From positions 1 through 54,655 of the forward strand of contig CAMYNR010000097.1 in the NCBI GenBank assembly GCA_947259715.1: 54,655 bases of DNA, written 5' to 3'. This document shows, one piece after another, positions 47,590 through 54,655 of the stretch; positions within the stretch are counted from its first letter, which is position 1, and every line of letters starts with the position of its first letter. The notes beneath the pieces are model-generated. The model was not told where the DNA came from. It ran no database searches and saw only the letters and a program-made list of their open reading frames with translations. The translations under genes and the position numbers were made by a program. The DNA comes from an uncultured Desulfuromonadales bacterium. Lineage in GTDB: Bacteria; Desulfobacterota; Desulfuromonadia; Desulfuromonadales; Geopsychrobacteraceae.

Positions 47590-47847
47590 GCTGTCGGTCA
47601 ACGGGCAGTAGTGCGGGTATTTTTAGGTCTGCCAGCACAGTCTGGCAAGACAATGCCGCTCTGCGATTTTTTTCCAGCCTGGGCAAAATTTTCAAGTCTT
47701 ATGATATTTTTATGGCATTTAGCCATCATGGGTTAGACTCGCTGAATTATCCAAGGCAGGCTGCGTCTATCTTTCGCTCATCAATAGCCAATGATCAATG
47801 CGAAGAGACAGGGGGCGCCTGATGTGGTAGGGGGGTATAATTCAGCT

Positions 47848-48189
47848 TTACAGCTTTTGGCGTAAGCAAGCGAGCTCGGTTTTTAAGATTGGCAGCTCGT
47901 ACTGTACGGCATCCCAGACAATCTTGGTATCAACGCCAAAATATTCGTGGACGATGAAGTTACGAAAATCTTTAATCAGACGCCATGTAATCGATGGGGC
48001 TTTATCTTTGATCTGATCGGGGATGTTGCTGATCGCTTCGCCGATCACGATGAACTCGCGCAAGGTTGCCGAGTAGGTTTTTCGGTCGTTGACAAAATCA
48101 TCAAAGCTGATTCCGGCAGTGTAGTCTTCGATGGCGGCAATCGCTTCATCGATGTCGTCCAGATAAAGGCGGATGTCGCGTTTATACAT
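47848..48189 (-). CDS. HEPN/DUF86 (HepT-like) RNase toxin
   Basis: IGEA, W..I..FRNFIVHEYFGVD (RX4HXY); overlaps MNT stop. Confidence 0.88.
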   Translation of the reverse strand: MYKRDIRLYLDDIDEAIAAIEDYTAGISFDDFVNDRKTYSATLREFIVIGEAISNIPDQIKDKAPSITWRLIKDFRNFIVHEYFGVDTKIVWDAVQYELPILKTELACLRQKL

Positions 48190-48481
48190 AGTGGACATCC
48201 TGCATGATTGCATCCTTGACCAGCGGCTTCAGGCTTTCTTCGGTCGCAAGGTCGATATGTTCATCAAGGTTGTCCTGCAGGTAATGCAGCAGGCCGAAGA
48301 AGCTGCGAAAGGTATTGTCGCTTTGCAGGCTGACGATCAGGTCGATGTCACTCTGCGGACCAGCTTCATCACGGGCGCAACTGCCGACCAGTCCCAGGCG
48401 GGTAACGCCATAAAGTGCCTGGAGTTCAGCTTTATGCTCCCGGAGGAACGCTAAAATATGCTCTTTTTTTTTGCTGCCCAT
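48182..48481 (-). CDS. Minimal nucleotidyltransferase (MntA-like) antitoxin
   Basis: GSCARDEAGPQSDIDL (GSX10DXD); SD AAGGAG. Confidence 0.88.
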   Translation of the reverse strand: MGSKKKEHILAFLREHKAELQALYGVTRLGLVGSCARDEAGPQSDIDLIVSLQSDNTFRSFFGLLHYLQDNLDEHIDLATEESLKPLVKDAIMQDVHYV

Positions 48482-48648
48482 GGGTACTCCTTGCATGGAC
48501 CTAAGGGGGTTTTAATAGGGATATTCTAGCAGTAGTTGCCGGAGAGCGGAACCATATAATTGCCGTGGTGGAAATCGGTATCTTGGCTATGGTCTATGTA
48601 ACTTCTTAAGTCAAAGTGGGCAAGCCTCGGATTATTGAATTTTTATTT

Positions 48649-48818
48649 CTGGATATGCACTTCGTTAAACGAATCGGCGAACCGGGCTCAGATGTCCTAT
48701 TTCCAGGGACGCATGAACCCATCCCTGGGGCTTGACTGTCTTCATCCAGGCGACAGACACCCTTGCAATGGGACATCTGAGCCCGATTCCTGGCCAGTGG
48801 AGCGAAGTGCATATCCAG
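48649..48818. mobile_element. 170-bp MITE-like structured repeat, copy 2
   Basis: 16-bp perfect TIR ctggatatgcacttcg; flanked by 10-bp direct repeat atttttattt (48639-48648, 48819-48828). Confidence 0.8.
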
Positions 48819-48847
48819 ATTTTTATTTTCAACAGGGAAGATATTTG

Positions 48848-48879
48848 ACGGCCCAACCAGATTTTTCCAGTTGGGCCGA
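48848..48879. terminator. Hairpin downstream of cytochrome gene
   Basis: cggcccaac...gttgggccg 9-bp stem. Confidence 0.45.
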
Positions 48880-48933
48880 TTCTAATTCATATGAGTGAAT
48901 TGGGTTCCTGTTTAATCATTACAGGTTTGCGAC

Positions 48934-49188
48934 CTACTGCTCCAGCTTATGGCAGAACAAACAGCGGTATTTGGCGGGATGGTCTTCGGCGAAGGGGACG
49001 CCATCAGCATTATGGCATTCCTGGCAGAGTTCTCCGGCGGCCTTTTTCCCTTCACTGTTAAAGACTTCATACATTTTCTGGTGGGTTTCGTTTTTCGGCA
49101 CCCGCTTGGTGGTCTCTTCGGGGGCCATCCACAGGAAGCCGATAATTGCCAGCCCTCCCAACAGCAGCAGGATATCCCTTTTTTTCAT
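48934..49188 (-). CDS. Small diheme cytochrome c (DHC2-like)
   Basis: N-terminal hydrophobic segment, CQECH and CLFCH, two extra His; pattern recalls Geobacter DHC2. Confidence 0.85.
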   Translation of the reverse strand: MKKRDILLLLGGLAIIGFLWMAPEETTKRVPKNETHQKMYEVFNSEGKKAAGELCQECHNADGVPFAEDHPAKYRCLFCHKLEQ

Positions 49189-49286
49189 TGGCGCACTCCA
49201 GTCCGGCAGAAAGCTTTCTCTGCACAGAAAAAGCTCAGTTGTATTCGAACCATACTGCTATAGAGCAGCGGGCGGGGTCAATCCCG

Positions 49287-49619
49287 CTATTCCGATTTAA
49301 TAAACAGAAGGTAGATGAACAGGCCGATCGCTGCAGCACCGCCGCCGATGATGACATAGAGGCCACCGCCTTGGATCCCTTCGGTTCCCGTTCCTTTGGC
49401 CAGGGTGTAGGAAAGCGCCAGGGCGAAGCCGCCGATGCCGACCAGAAAGGCGGAGATCGCCCGCCAGCCGATCAGGTAGGTGATAACTACTGCAGCGGCG
49501 AAGCTGCCAAGGAACCAGGGGTTGGAGTTCAGGTCGGCGATATTCCAGGCCTGCAGTTGCTGCATAATCTGGTCGGTACGGAATCTGTCGATAAAGTCCA
49601 TAACATCTGACCAGCCCAT
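49287..49619 (-). CDS. Hypothetical membrane protein (~3 TM)
   Basis: Hydrophobic segments; SD AAGGAGG 6 nt before ATG 49619. Confidence 0.75.
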   Translation of the reverse strand: MGWSDVMDFIDRFRTDQIMQQLQAWNIADLNSNPWFLGSFAAAVVITYLIGWRAISAFLVGIGGFALALSYTLAKGTGTEGIQGGGLYVIIGGGAAAIGLFIYLLFIKSE

Positions 49620-49722
49620 GATCATCCTCCTTATCTTGGCAACATGAGCAAAAACTGATAAATCATTTCTCGCAGCCTAACAGATTTTGCCCGCGAGAAA
49701 AAGTGCTAAAAGCCTGTAAATC

Positions 49723-49751
49723 TTGACTTTACCCAAGCCCTTCAATAGGAT
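49723..49751 (+). promoter_or_regulatory. sigma70 promoter of murI (TTGACT-17-TAGGAT)
   Basis: Near-consensus hexamers with 17-bp spacer. Confidence 0.6.
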
Positions 49752-49760
49752 GACTCCCTT

Positions 49761-49870
49761 CCCCTGTGGGCGCTTATGGGGTGTCTCTGCGGCGGTTTTC
49801 TGCCGGCCTGACACCATTCGGACCGCAGAATTTTTAATCGCCCAAAGGGGCGAGTTTCAGGTTTTTGTTT
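49761..49870 (+). other. Structured 5' leader of murI, candidate cis-regulatory RNA
   Basis: Several nested or alternative helices and a competing terminator-like hairpin (see findings). Confidence 0.4.
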
Positions 49871-49880
49871 TGGAGTCTAT

Positions 49881-50675
49881 GTGCTGCATCGTGCTATCGG
49901 AATCTTCGATTCCGGGGTCGGCGGGCTGACCGTTTTTAAAGAGATTATGCAGTTGTTGCCAGGTGAGGACCTGCTCTATCTTGGCGACACCGCCCGGGTG
50001 CCTTATGGAACCAAGAGCGCGGCGACGGTTGAGCAGTACGCTCTGGAATCAGCAGCCTTTCTGGTCGATCAGGGGGTCAAGCTGCTGGTGGTGGCTTGTA
50101 ATACCGCCTCGGCGGTGGCCTTGCCGAAGCTGCGGCAACGTTTTCAGCTGCCGGTCATCGGTGTGATCGAACCGGGCGCCCGCCGGGCAGCACGCAGCTT
50201 GAACGGTCGGATCGGTGTGATCGGCACCGAAGGGACGATCAACAGCGGCCGTTATGCAGAAGCGATCCGCGAGTTGCTGCCTGCGGCGCAGGTTGTTTCC
50301 CAGGCCTGCCCGCTGTTTGTTCCCCTGGCCGAAGAGGGCTGGGCGGAGCATGAGGTGGCCCGGCTGACGGCGCAGGAGTACCTGCAGCCTTTGATTGCCG
50401 CGCAAATCGATACCCTGGTGCTGGGCTGCACCCATTATCCTCTGTTGCGCAACACCCTGCAGCAGGTGCTCGGCGCGGATGTTCAGCTGGTCGATTCGGC
50501 GGAAGAGACCGCCTTGCGGGTGGCTGAACTGTTTCAGCAGCAGGGGCTGGCGCGGCCCGAGCATGGCGGCCACCGGGCGTTTTTTGTCACCGATGTGCCG
50601 ACCCGCTTTGAACGCGTCGGCCGCGCATTTCTCGGCGATGAACTGGGCCAGGTCAAGCAGGTCCGGATCGGCTGA
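49881..50675 (+). CDS. murI: Glutamate racemase
   Basis: FDSGVGGLTV, PYGTK, VACNTAS, LGCTHYP. Confidence 0.97.
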   Translation: MLHRAIGIFDSGVGGLTVFKEIMQLLPGEDLLYLGDTARVPYGTKSAATVEQYALESAAFLVDQGVKLLVVACNTASAVALPKLRQRFQLPVIGVIEPGARRAARSLNGRIGVIGTEGTINSGRYAEAIRELLPAAQVVSQACPLFVPLAEEGWAEHEVARLTAQEYLQPLIAAQIDTLVLGCTHYPLLRNTLQQVLGADVQLVDSAEETALRVAELFQQQGLARPEHGGHRAFFVTDVPTRFERVGRAFLGDELGQVKQVRIG

Positions 50676-50730
50676 AGCGGCCGGCCATATACATTACAAT
50701 ACGGCCCAGTAAACCGAAATATAGGCTGTT

Positions 50731-50922
50731 GCCACCAAGACACCAAGAGCACCAAGGAAAATCAAAAGCATTAACGCAGAGGCGTAGAGATGCAGAGAAG
50801 AGCAAGATCAAAAAGCGGATTTTTTGCTTAAATCTAAAAGCAAAAAGATTATTGCCTTTCTCTGTGAACTCCGCGTTTCTGCGTTAAATAACTTTTCCAG
50901 GTGGCCTTGGTCTCTTGGTGGC
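50731..50922. repeat. Nested inverted-repeat element (CGCAGAG type inside CACCAAG type)
   Basis: gccaccaagacaccaag...cttggtctcttggtggc enclosing ttaacgcagaggcg...cgcgtttctgcgttaa. Confidence 0.8.
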
Positions 50923-50965
50923 TAGCCGCCTTTAGGGTTTAGAGTCGAAGTAAAAAAGGATACTT

Positions 50966-51547
50966 ATGAAAAAAGTGACTATCTATATCCTTGGCCTGGT
51001 GGTGGTCGGCGTTCTGGCCGGCTACGGAATCGGTTATTTTCTCAAGGAGGCCCGTCAGCCGGAGCAACGTGTTCCGATTCTGGTGGAGCCGGAACTGCTG
51101 CCCCGCGATGTTGAACTGTTTTTTGCCGACAGCCAAGGGACTTATCTGGTTTCAGAGGGACGCCAGATCGCTGGCTGCGAAGATGACCGTGAATGTATCA
51201 TCTCCCTGCTCAGCGAACTGGTCAAAGGTTCTCAAGCGGGGCACCAGCCGGTCCTTCCAACGCAGGCCCGGATCCTCTCCGTCGAGTTGGAGAACGATCT
51301 GGTGCGGGTCGATTTTACCCGCCAGCTGGTCGATCAGCATCCCGGCGGCAGTCTGTCAGAGCTGCTGACAGTCTACAGTTTAACCAACAGCCTGGTGGGG
51401 AATTTCTCCTACCTGCGGCAGGTGCAGATCCTGGTTGAGGGTGAGCCGCTGCAGACCCTCAAGGGCCACGTCCGCATCGATCAGCCGATCTACGCCGATT
51501 TCAGCTACAGCCATCCTCCCGAACTTGGCACGCAGCCAGAAAAATAA
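50966..51547 (+). CDS. GerMN domain protein
   Basis: N-terminal anchor, LFF, VDF, GGS.SEL..VYSLTNSL, VQILVEG, TLKGH. Confidence 0.85.
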   Translation: MKKVTIYILGLVVVGVLAGYGIGYFLKEARQPEQRVPILVEPELLPRDVELFFADSQGTYLVSEGRQIAGCEDDRECIISLLSELVKGSQAGHQPVLPTQARILSVELENDLVRVDFTRQLVDQHPGGSLSELLTVYSLTNSLVGNFSYLRQVQILVEGEPLQTLKGHVRIDQPIYADFSYSHPPELGTQPEK

Positions 51548-51561
51548 AACCTAAAAATTGT

Positions 51562-51769
51562 TTAGCCACCAAGTCACCAAGGACACCAAGAAAAACATTA
51601 ACGGAGAGACACTGAGTTCGCAGAGAAAGCCTTAAGATCTTTTCTGGGGTAAAACCAATAAGAAACAGCTTTAACTCCTTAAGATTTTTGTTTTTCTGCA
51701 TTAAAGCCCTTGATTTTCTTTGTGCTCTTGGTGTCTCGCCTAAGAGCGCCTACTTTTGGTGGTGGCTAA
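51562..51769. repeat. Nested inverted-repeat element, degenerate second copy
   Basis: ttagccaccaagtcaccaaggacaccaag...ttggtggtggctaa enclosing ttaacggagag...cgcagaga...tctgcattaa. Confidence 0.7.
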
Positions 51770-51835
51770 CACGCCTTTAAACGCTCGGTATTTTTAAACA
51801 CGAAAAGCGCAACAAAAAGAACAGGATTGAATCTT

Positions 51836-54241
51836 ATGAGTAAATTTTTGCAGGCTCTGAATGAGCGGGTGCTGGTGTTGGACGGTGCCATGGGCACCAT
51901 GCTGCAGGAGCGCGGTCTGGCCGCCGGCGCCTCGCCTGAAGCGATGAACCTGGAACAGCCGGAGGTGGTGGCAGCGGTGCATGCCGAATATGTCGCCGCC
52001 GGCGCTGATATTATCGTCACCAATACCTTTGGCGGCAGCCGCCCCAAGCTGGCCCATTACGGGCTGCAGGACCGCTTGCATGAAATCAATGTCGCCGGCG
52101 TCGAGATTGCCCGCCGGGTGGCGGGGGCGGAGACCTTTGTCGCCGCCTCGATCGGGCCGACCGGGCGCTTTGTCGAGCCGGTCGGTGATGCTGGTTTCGA
52201 CGAGATGGTGGAGATCTTCCGCGAGCAGGTCGAAGCCTTCGTCGCTGCCGGCGCAGACCTGATCACCTTCGAGACCTTTCTCGATATCCGCGAGCTGCGC
52301 GCCGCGGTGATCGCCGCCAAACAGCACAGTGAGCTGCCGCTGCTGGCGCTGCTGACCTTCGATGATGGCGGCCGCACGGTGCTTGGCACCACGCCGGAGG
52401 CCGCAGCCGTGACCCTGGATGGCTTAGGGGTTGACGTGCTCGGCTCCAATTGCGGCCTGGGAATCGATGGCATCTACGAGATTCTGGCAAGGATGCGCAA
52501 CGTGACCAATCGGCCGCTGATCGCCCAGGCGAATGCCGGCCTGCCGGTTCTGCGCGACGGGGAGACCATCTTTCCCGGCACTCCGGAAGAGATGACCGCC
52601 TATCATGAACGGTTGATCGCTTTGGGGGTGCGGGTCATCGGCGGCTGCTGCGGCACCACGCCGGCGCATATTCAGGCCATGCAGCATGCCTTGGGTGCAT
52701 TTGACCAGCGCTGGCAACCGGCAACCCGGCGCTGCTTTCTCTCCAGTCGAACCCAGGCGGTCGAAGTTGGCGGCGAGGCACCCTGTCGGGTAATCGGCGA
52801 GCGGATCAACCCGACCGGAAAAAAAACTTACAGCGCTGAACTGCGCGAAGGCAAAACCGCCTACATCCGCAGTGAGGCCCAGCAGCAGGTCGCCGCTGGA
52901 GCGGAGCTGCTCGATGTCAACTGCGGCGCGCCCGGGGTGGATGAACCGCTGGCGCTGGAAAGAGCGGTATTCGCTATCAGCGGGGTTGCCGGTGCGCCGC
53001 TGGTGCTTGATTCCTCCGATCCGGTTGCGCTGGAGCGGGGGCTCAAGGCGGCCGATGGCAAGGTCCTGATCAACTCGGTTTCCGGCGAGGGGAAGAGCCT
53101 CAAGGCGATCCTGCCGCTGGCGAAAAAATATGGTGCGGCGGTGATCGGTCTGGCCCTCGATGGTCAGGGGATTCCCGAAACCGGCGAAGATCGGCTGGCC
53201 GTCGCCAAAATTATCCTCGACGCCGCGCTCGCCGCCGGGATCGCCCGCGAGGATGTGCTTATCGACTGCCTGACCCTGACCGTCTCCGCCGAGCAGAAGC
53301 GGGCCCTGGAGACCCTGCAGGCGCTGCGCCTGGTGCGGGATGAATTGGGCCTGGCGACGGTGCTCGGGGTCAGCAATATCTCCTTCGGCCTGCCGACCCG
53401 GCCGGTGCTCTCCTCGGTCTTTTTTGCCCTGGCCCTCGAAGCCGGCTTGAAGGCGGCGATCATCAACCCCAAAGAGGAGCGGATGATGGACGCCCTGCGC
53501 GCCGCCAGGGTTCTGCTTGGCCAGGATCAACGCGCCGAAGACTATATTGCCCACTATGGCCAGCAGGTTTCTGCTGCGGCACCCGCTCCGGCCGTCGCAG
53601 CTGCTAAGCTGCCGATCCGGGAACAGCTGACCCGGGCGATCATTGAAGGCGATCAGGATGGCATCGTCGCCCTGATCGAAGCCGCGCTAGACGAAGGTCT
53701 TGAGCCGCTGCAGATCAGCAATGAAGGGCTGCTGCCCGGATTGGAAGAGGTCGGCAAGCGATTTGGTAAAAATCAAATTTTTCTGCCCCAGGTGATGCTC
53801 TCCGCCGAAACCATGCAAACCGGCTTCAAGCGGTTGAAAGAGGAGATCCGCGGCCAGCAGTTGGAATCCCTCGGCAAAATTCTTATGGCCACGGTCGAGG
53901 GGGATATCCACGATATCGGCAAGAATATCGTCTGCACTCTGCTGGAAAACCATGGCTTCGAAGTCATCGACCTGGGAAAGAATGTTCCCGCGGCGAAAAT
54001 CATCGAACAGGCCAAAGCGCAGCAGGTCGATGCCGTCGGGTTGTCGGCGCTGATGACCACCACTTTGCAGCAGATGCAGGTCAGTGTCGCTGCCCTGCAC
54101 CAGGCCGGGGTCAAGGTGTTTACCATGGTTGGCGGCGCTGTGGTCACCCAGGATTATGCCGAAGAGATCGGCGCCGACCTTTATGCGGCCGATGCCCTGG
54201 AGGCGGTCGCAAAGATTAAAGAATTAATGCAGCGCAGCTAA
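51836..54241 (+). CDS. metH: B12-dependent methionine synthase core (Hcy, pterin, cap and B12 domains; no SAM reactivation domain)
   Basis: LDGAMGT, GSNC, GGCCGT, IGERINPTGK, VSNISFG, GDIHDIGKNIV, SALMTTT. Confidence 0.9.
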   Translation: MSKFLQALNERVLVLDGAMGTMLQERGLAAGASPEAMNLEQPEVVAAVHAEYVAAGADIIVTNTFGGSRPKLAHYGLQDRLHEINVAGVEIARRVAGAETFVAASIGPTGRFVEPVGDAGFDEMVEIFREQVEAFVAAGADLITFETFLDIRELRAAVIAAKQHSELPLLALLTFDDGGRTVLGTTPEAAAVTLDGLGVDVLGSNCGLGIDGIYEILARMRNVTNRPLIAQANAGLPVLRDGETIFPGTPEEMTAYHERLIALGVRVIGGCCGTTPAHIQAMQHALGAFDQRWQPATRRCFLSSRTQAVEVGGEAPCRVIGERINPTGKKTYSAELREGKTAYIRSEAQQQVAAGAELLDVNCGAPGVDEPLALERAVFAISGVAGAPLVLDSSDPVALERGLKAADGKVLINSVSGEGKSLKAILPLAKKYGAAVIGLALDGQGIPETGEDRLAVAKIILDAALAAGIAREDVLIDCLTLTVSAEQKRALETLQALRLVRDELGLATVLGVSNISFGLPTRPVLSSVFFALALEAGLKAAIINPKEERMMDALRAARVLLGQDQRAEDYIAHYGQQVSAAAPAPAVAAAKLPIREQLTRAIIEGDQDGIVALIEAALDEGLEPLQISNEGLLPGLEEVGKRFGKNQIFLPQVMLSAETMQTGFKRLKEEIRGQQLESLGKILMATVEGDIHDIGKNIVCTLLENHGFEVIDLGKNVPAAKIIEQAKAQQVDAVGLSALMTTTLQQMQVSVAALHQAGVKVFTMVGGAVVTQDYAEEIGADLYAADALEAVAKIKELMQRS

Positions 54242-54297
54242 GCGGTTAATCTTTAATGCAACTATAAACAAAAAGAAGGTCGCAAAACCCCTTATTG

Positions 54298-54377
54298 AAC
54301 GCGGAGGCGCAGAGAATGGAGAGGCGGAGAGGTTGGGTTTTTCTCTGCGAACTCTGCGACCTCTCCGTCTCTGCGTT
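54298..54377. repeat. CGCAGAG-type inverted repeat element
   Basis: aacgcggaggcgcagag...ctctgcgaactctgcgacctctccgtctctgcgtt. Confidence 0.75.
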
Positions 54378-54538
54378 ACAAACCTTTTTTTGGTCATAGT
54401 TCCATTTTTTAAGGTCATTTCAGCGGTTTTGTCATTTCGCGTAGCTAGTAAAGTTTATTTATTTCAGTTGCTTAAGAGACTTGTTGCGCCATTTCGCGGC
54501 CTATGCTATCTTCTTTTAGAATTTTCTGAGGATAATCA

Positions 54539-54655
54539 ATGATCGTCGGTTTCAATCACAATATCAGCTATCGCGGAGCAGGCTTTCATGTCCAGACCGA
54601 GGATACCGGGGCGAAGAGTTCGACCCTGGTGACCCTGCTCTACCATGCTGGAACG
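54539..54655 (+). CDS. Hypothetical protein, 5' part (runs off window)
   Basis: MIVGFNHNISYRGAGFHVQTEDTG...; GAGG SD upstream. Confidence 0.7.
   Translation, partial: MIVGFNHNISYRGAGFHVQTEDTGAKSSTLVTLLYHAGT

Noticed and set aside
49745-49762. Fluoride riboswitch-like gatgactcc
   Set aside because: The 5' GGCGATGGAGTTCGCC-type half is absent, and the segment coincides with the -10 element.
50731-50800. CRISPR array suggested by short tandem units
   Set aside because: Units are 8-9 nt without unique spacers, and no cas genes are present. No CRISPR, tRNA or rRNA was recognised anywhere in the window.

Overview
A GC-rich chromosomal segment of a Desulfuromonadales/Geobacter-like deltaproteobacterium; the lineage is inferred from gene content and order. 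It begins with a core block: rplU-rpmA-obgE-proB-proA-nadD-rsfS-rlmH-dksA-lapB-like-gpmI-comF. Next come a PAS histidine kinase, a TRAP transporter, a DUF2256 gene with an Fe-S-less (6-4)-type photolyase, two ferritin-fold genes and engB. A cobalamin-riboswitch-controlled ~16-kb anaerobic cobamide operon follows, with bzaF and a cbiH-cbiP fusion. The rest holds signalling genes, nikR, an NrdR-boxed class III ribonucleotide reductase operon, hipBA and MNT-HEPN toxin-antitoxin pairs around an orphan modA, a DHC2-like diheme cytochrome, murI, a GerMN protein and a B12-dependent methionine synthase core. No tRNA, rRNA, CRISPR array or transposase was recognised. The most interesting signals lie outside the ORF track: (1) NrdD is split, with its glycyl-radical loop and one predicted Zn ligand on a separate 48-aa gene; (2) a stand-alone promoter, structured leader and 18-aa four-Cys peptide unit sits beside the ferritin genes; (3) a ~170-bp MITE-like element is present twice, with terminal inverted repeats, target-duplication-like flanks and twin GGA-loop hairpins; (4) there is a switch-like structured 5' leader before murI; (5) two further intergenic repeat families occur, one nested inside another. 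All family assignments come from motif recognition by eye; no searches were run.
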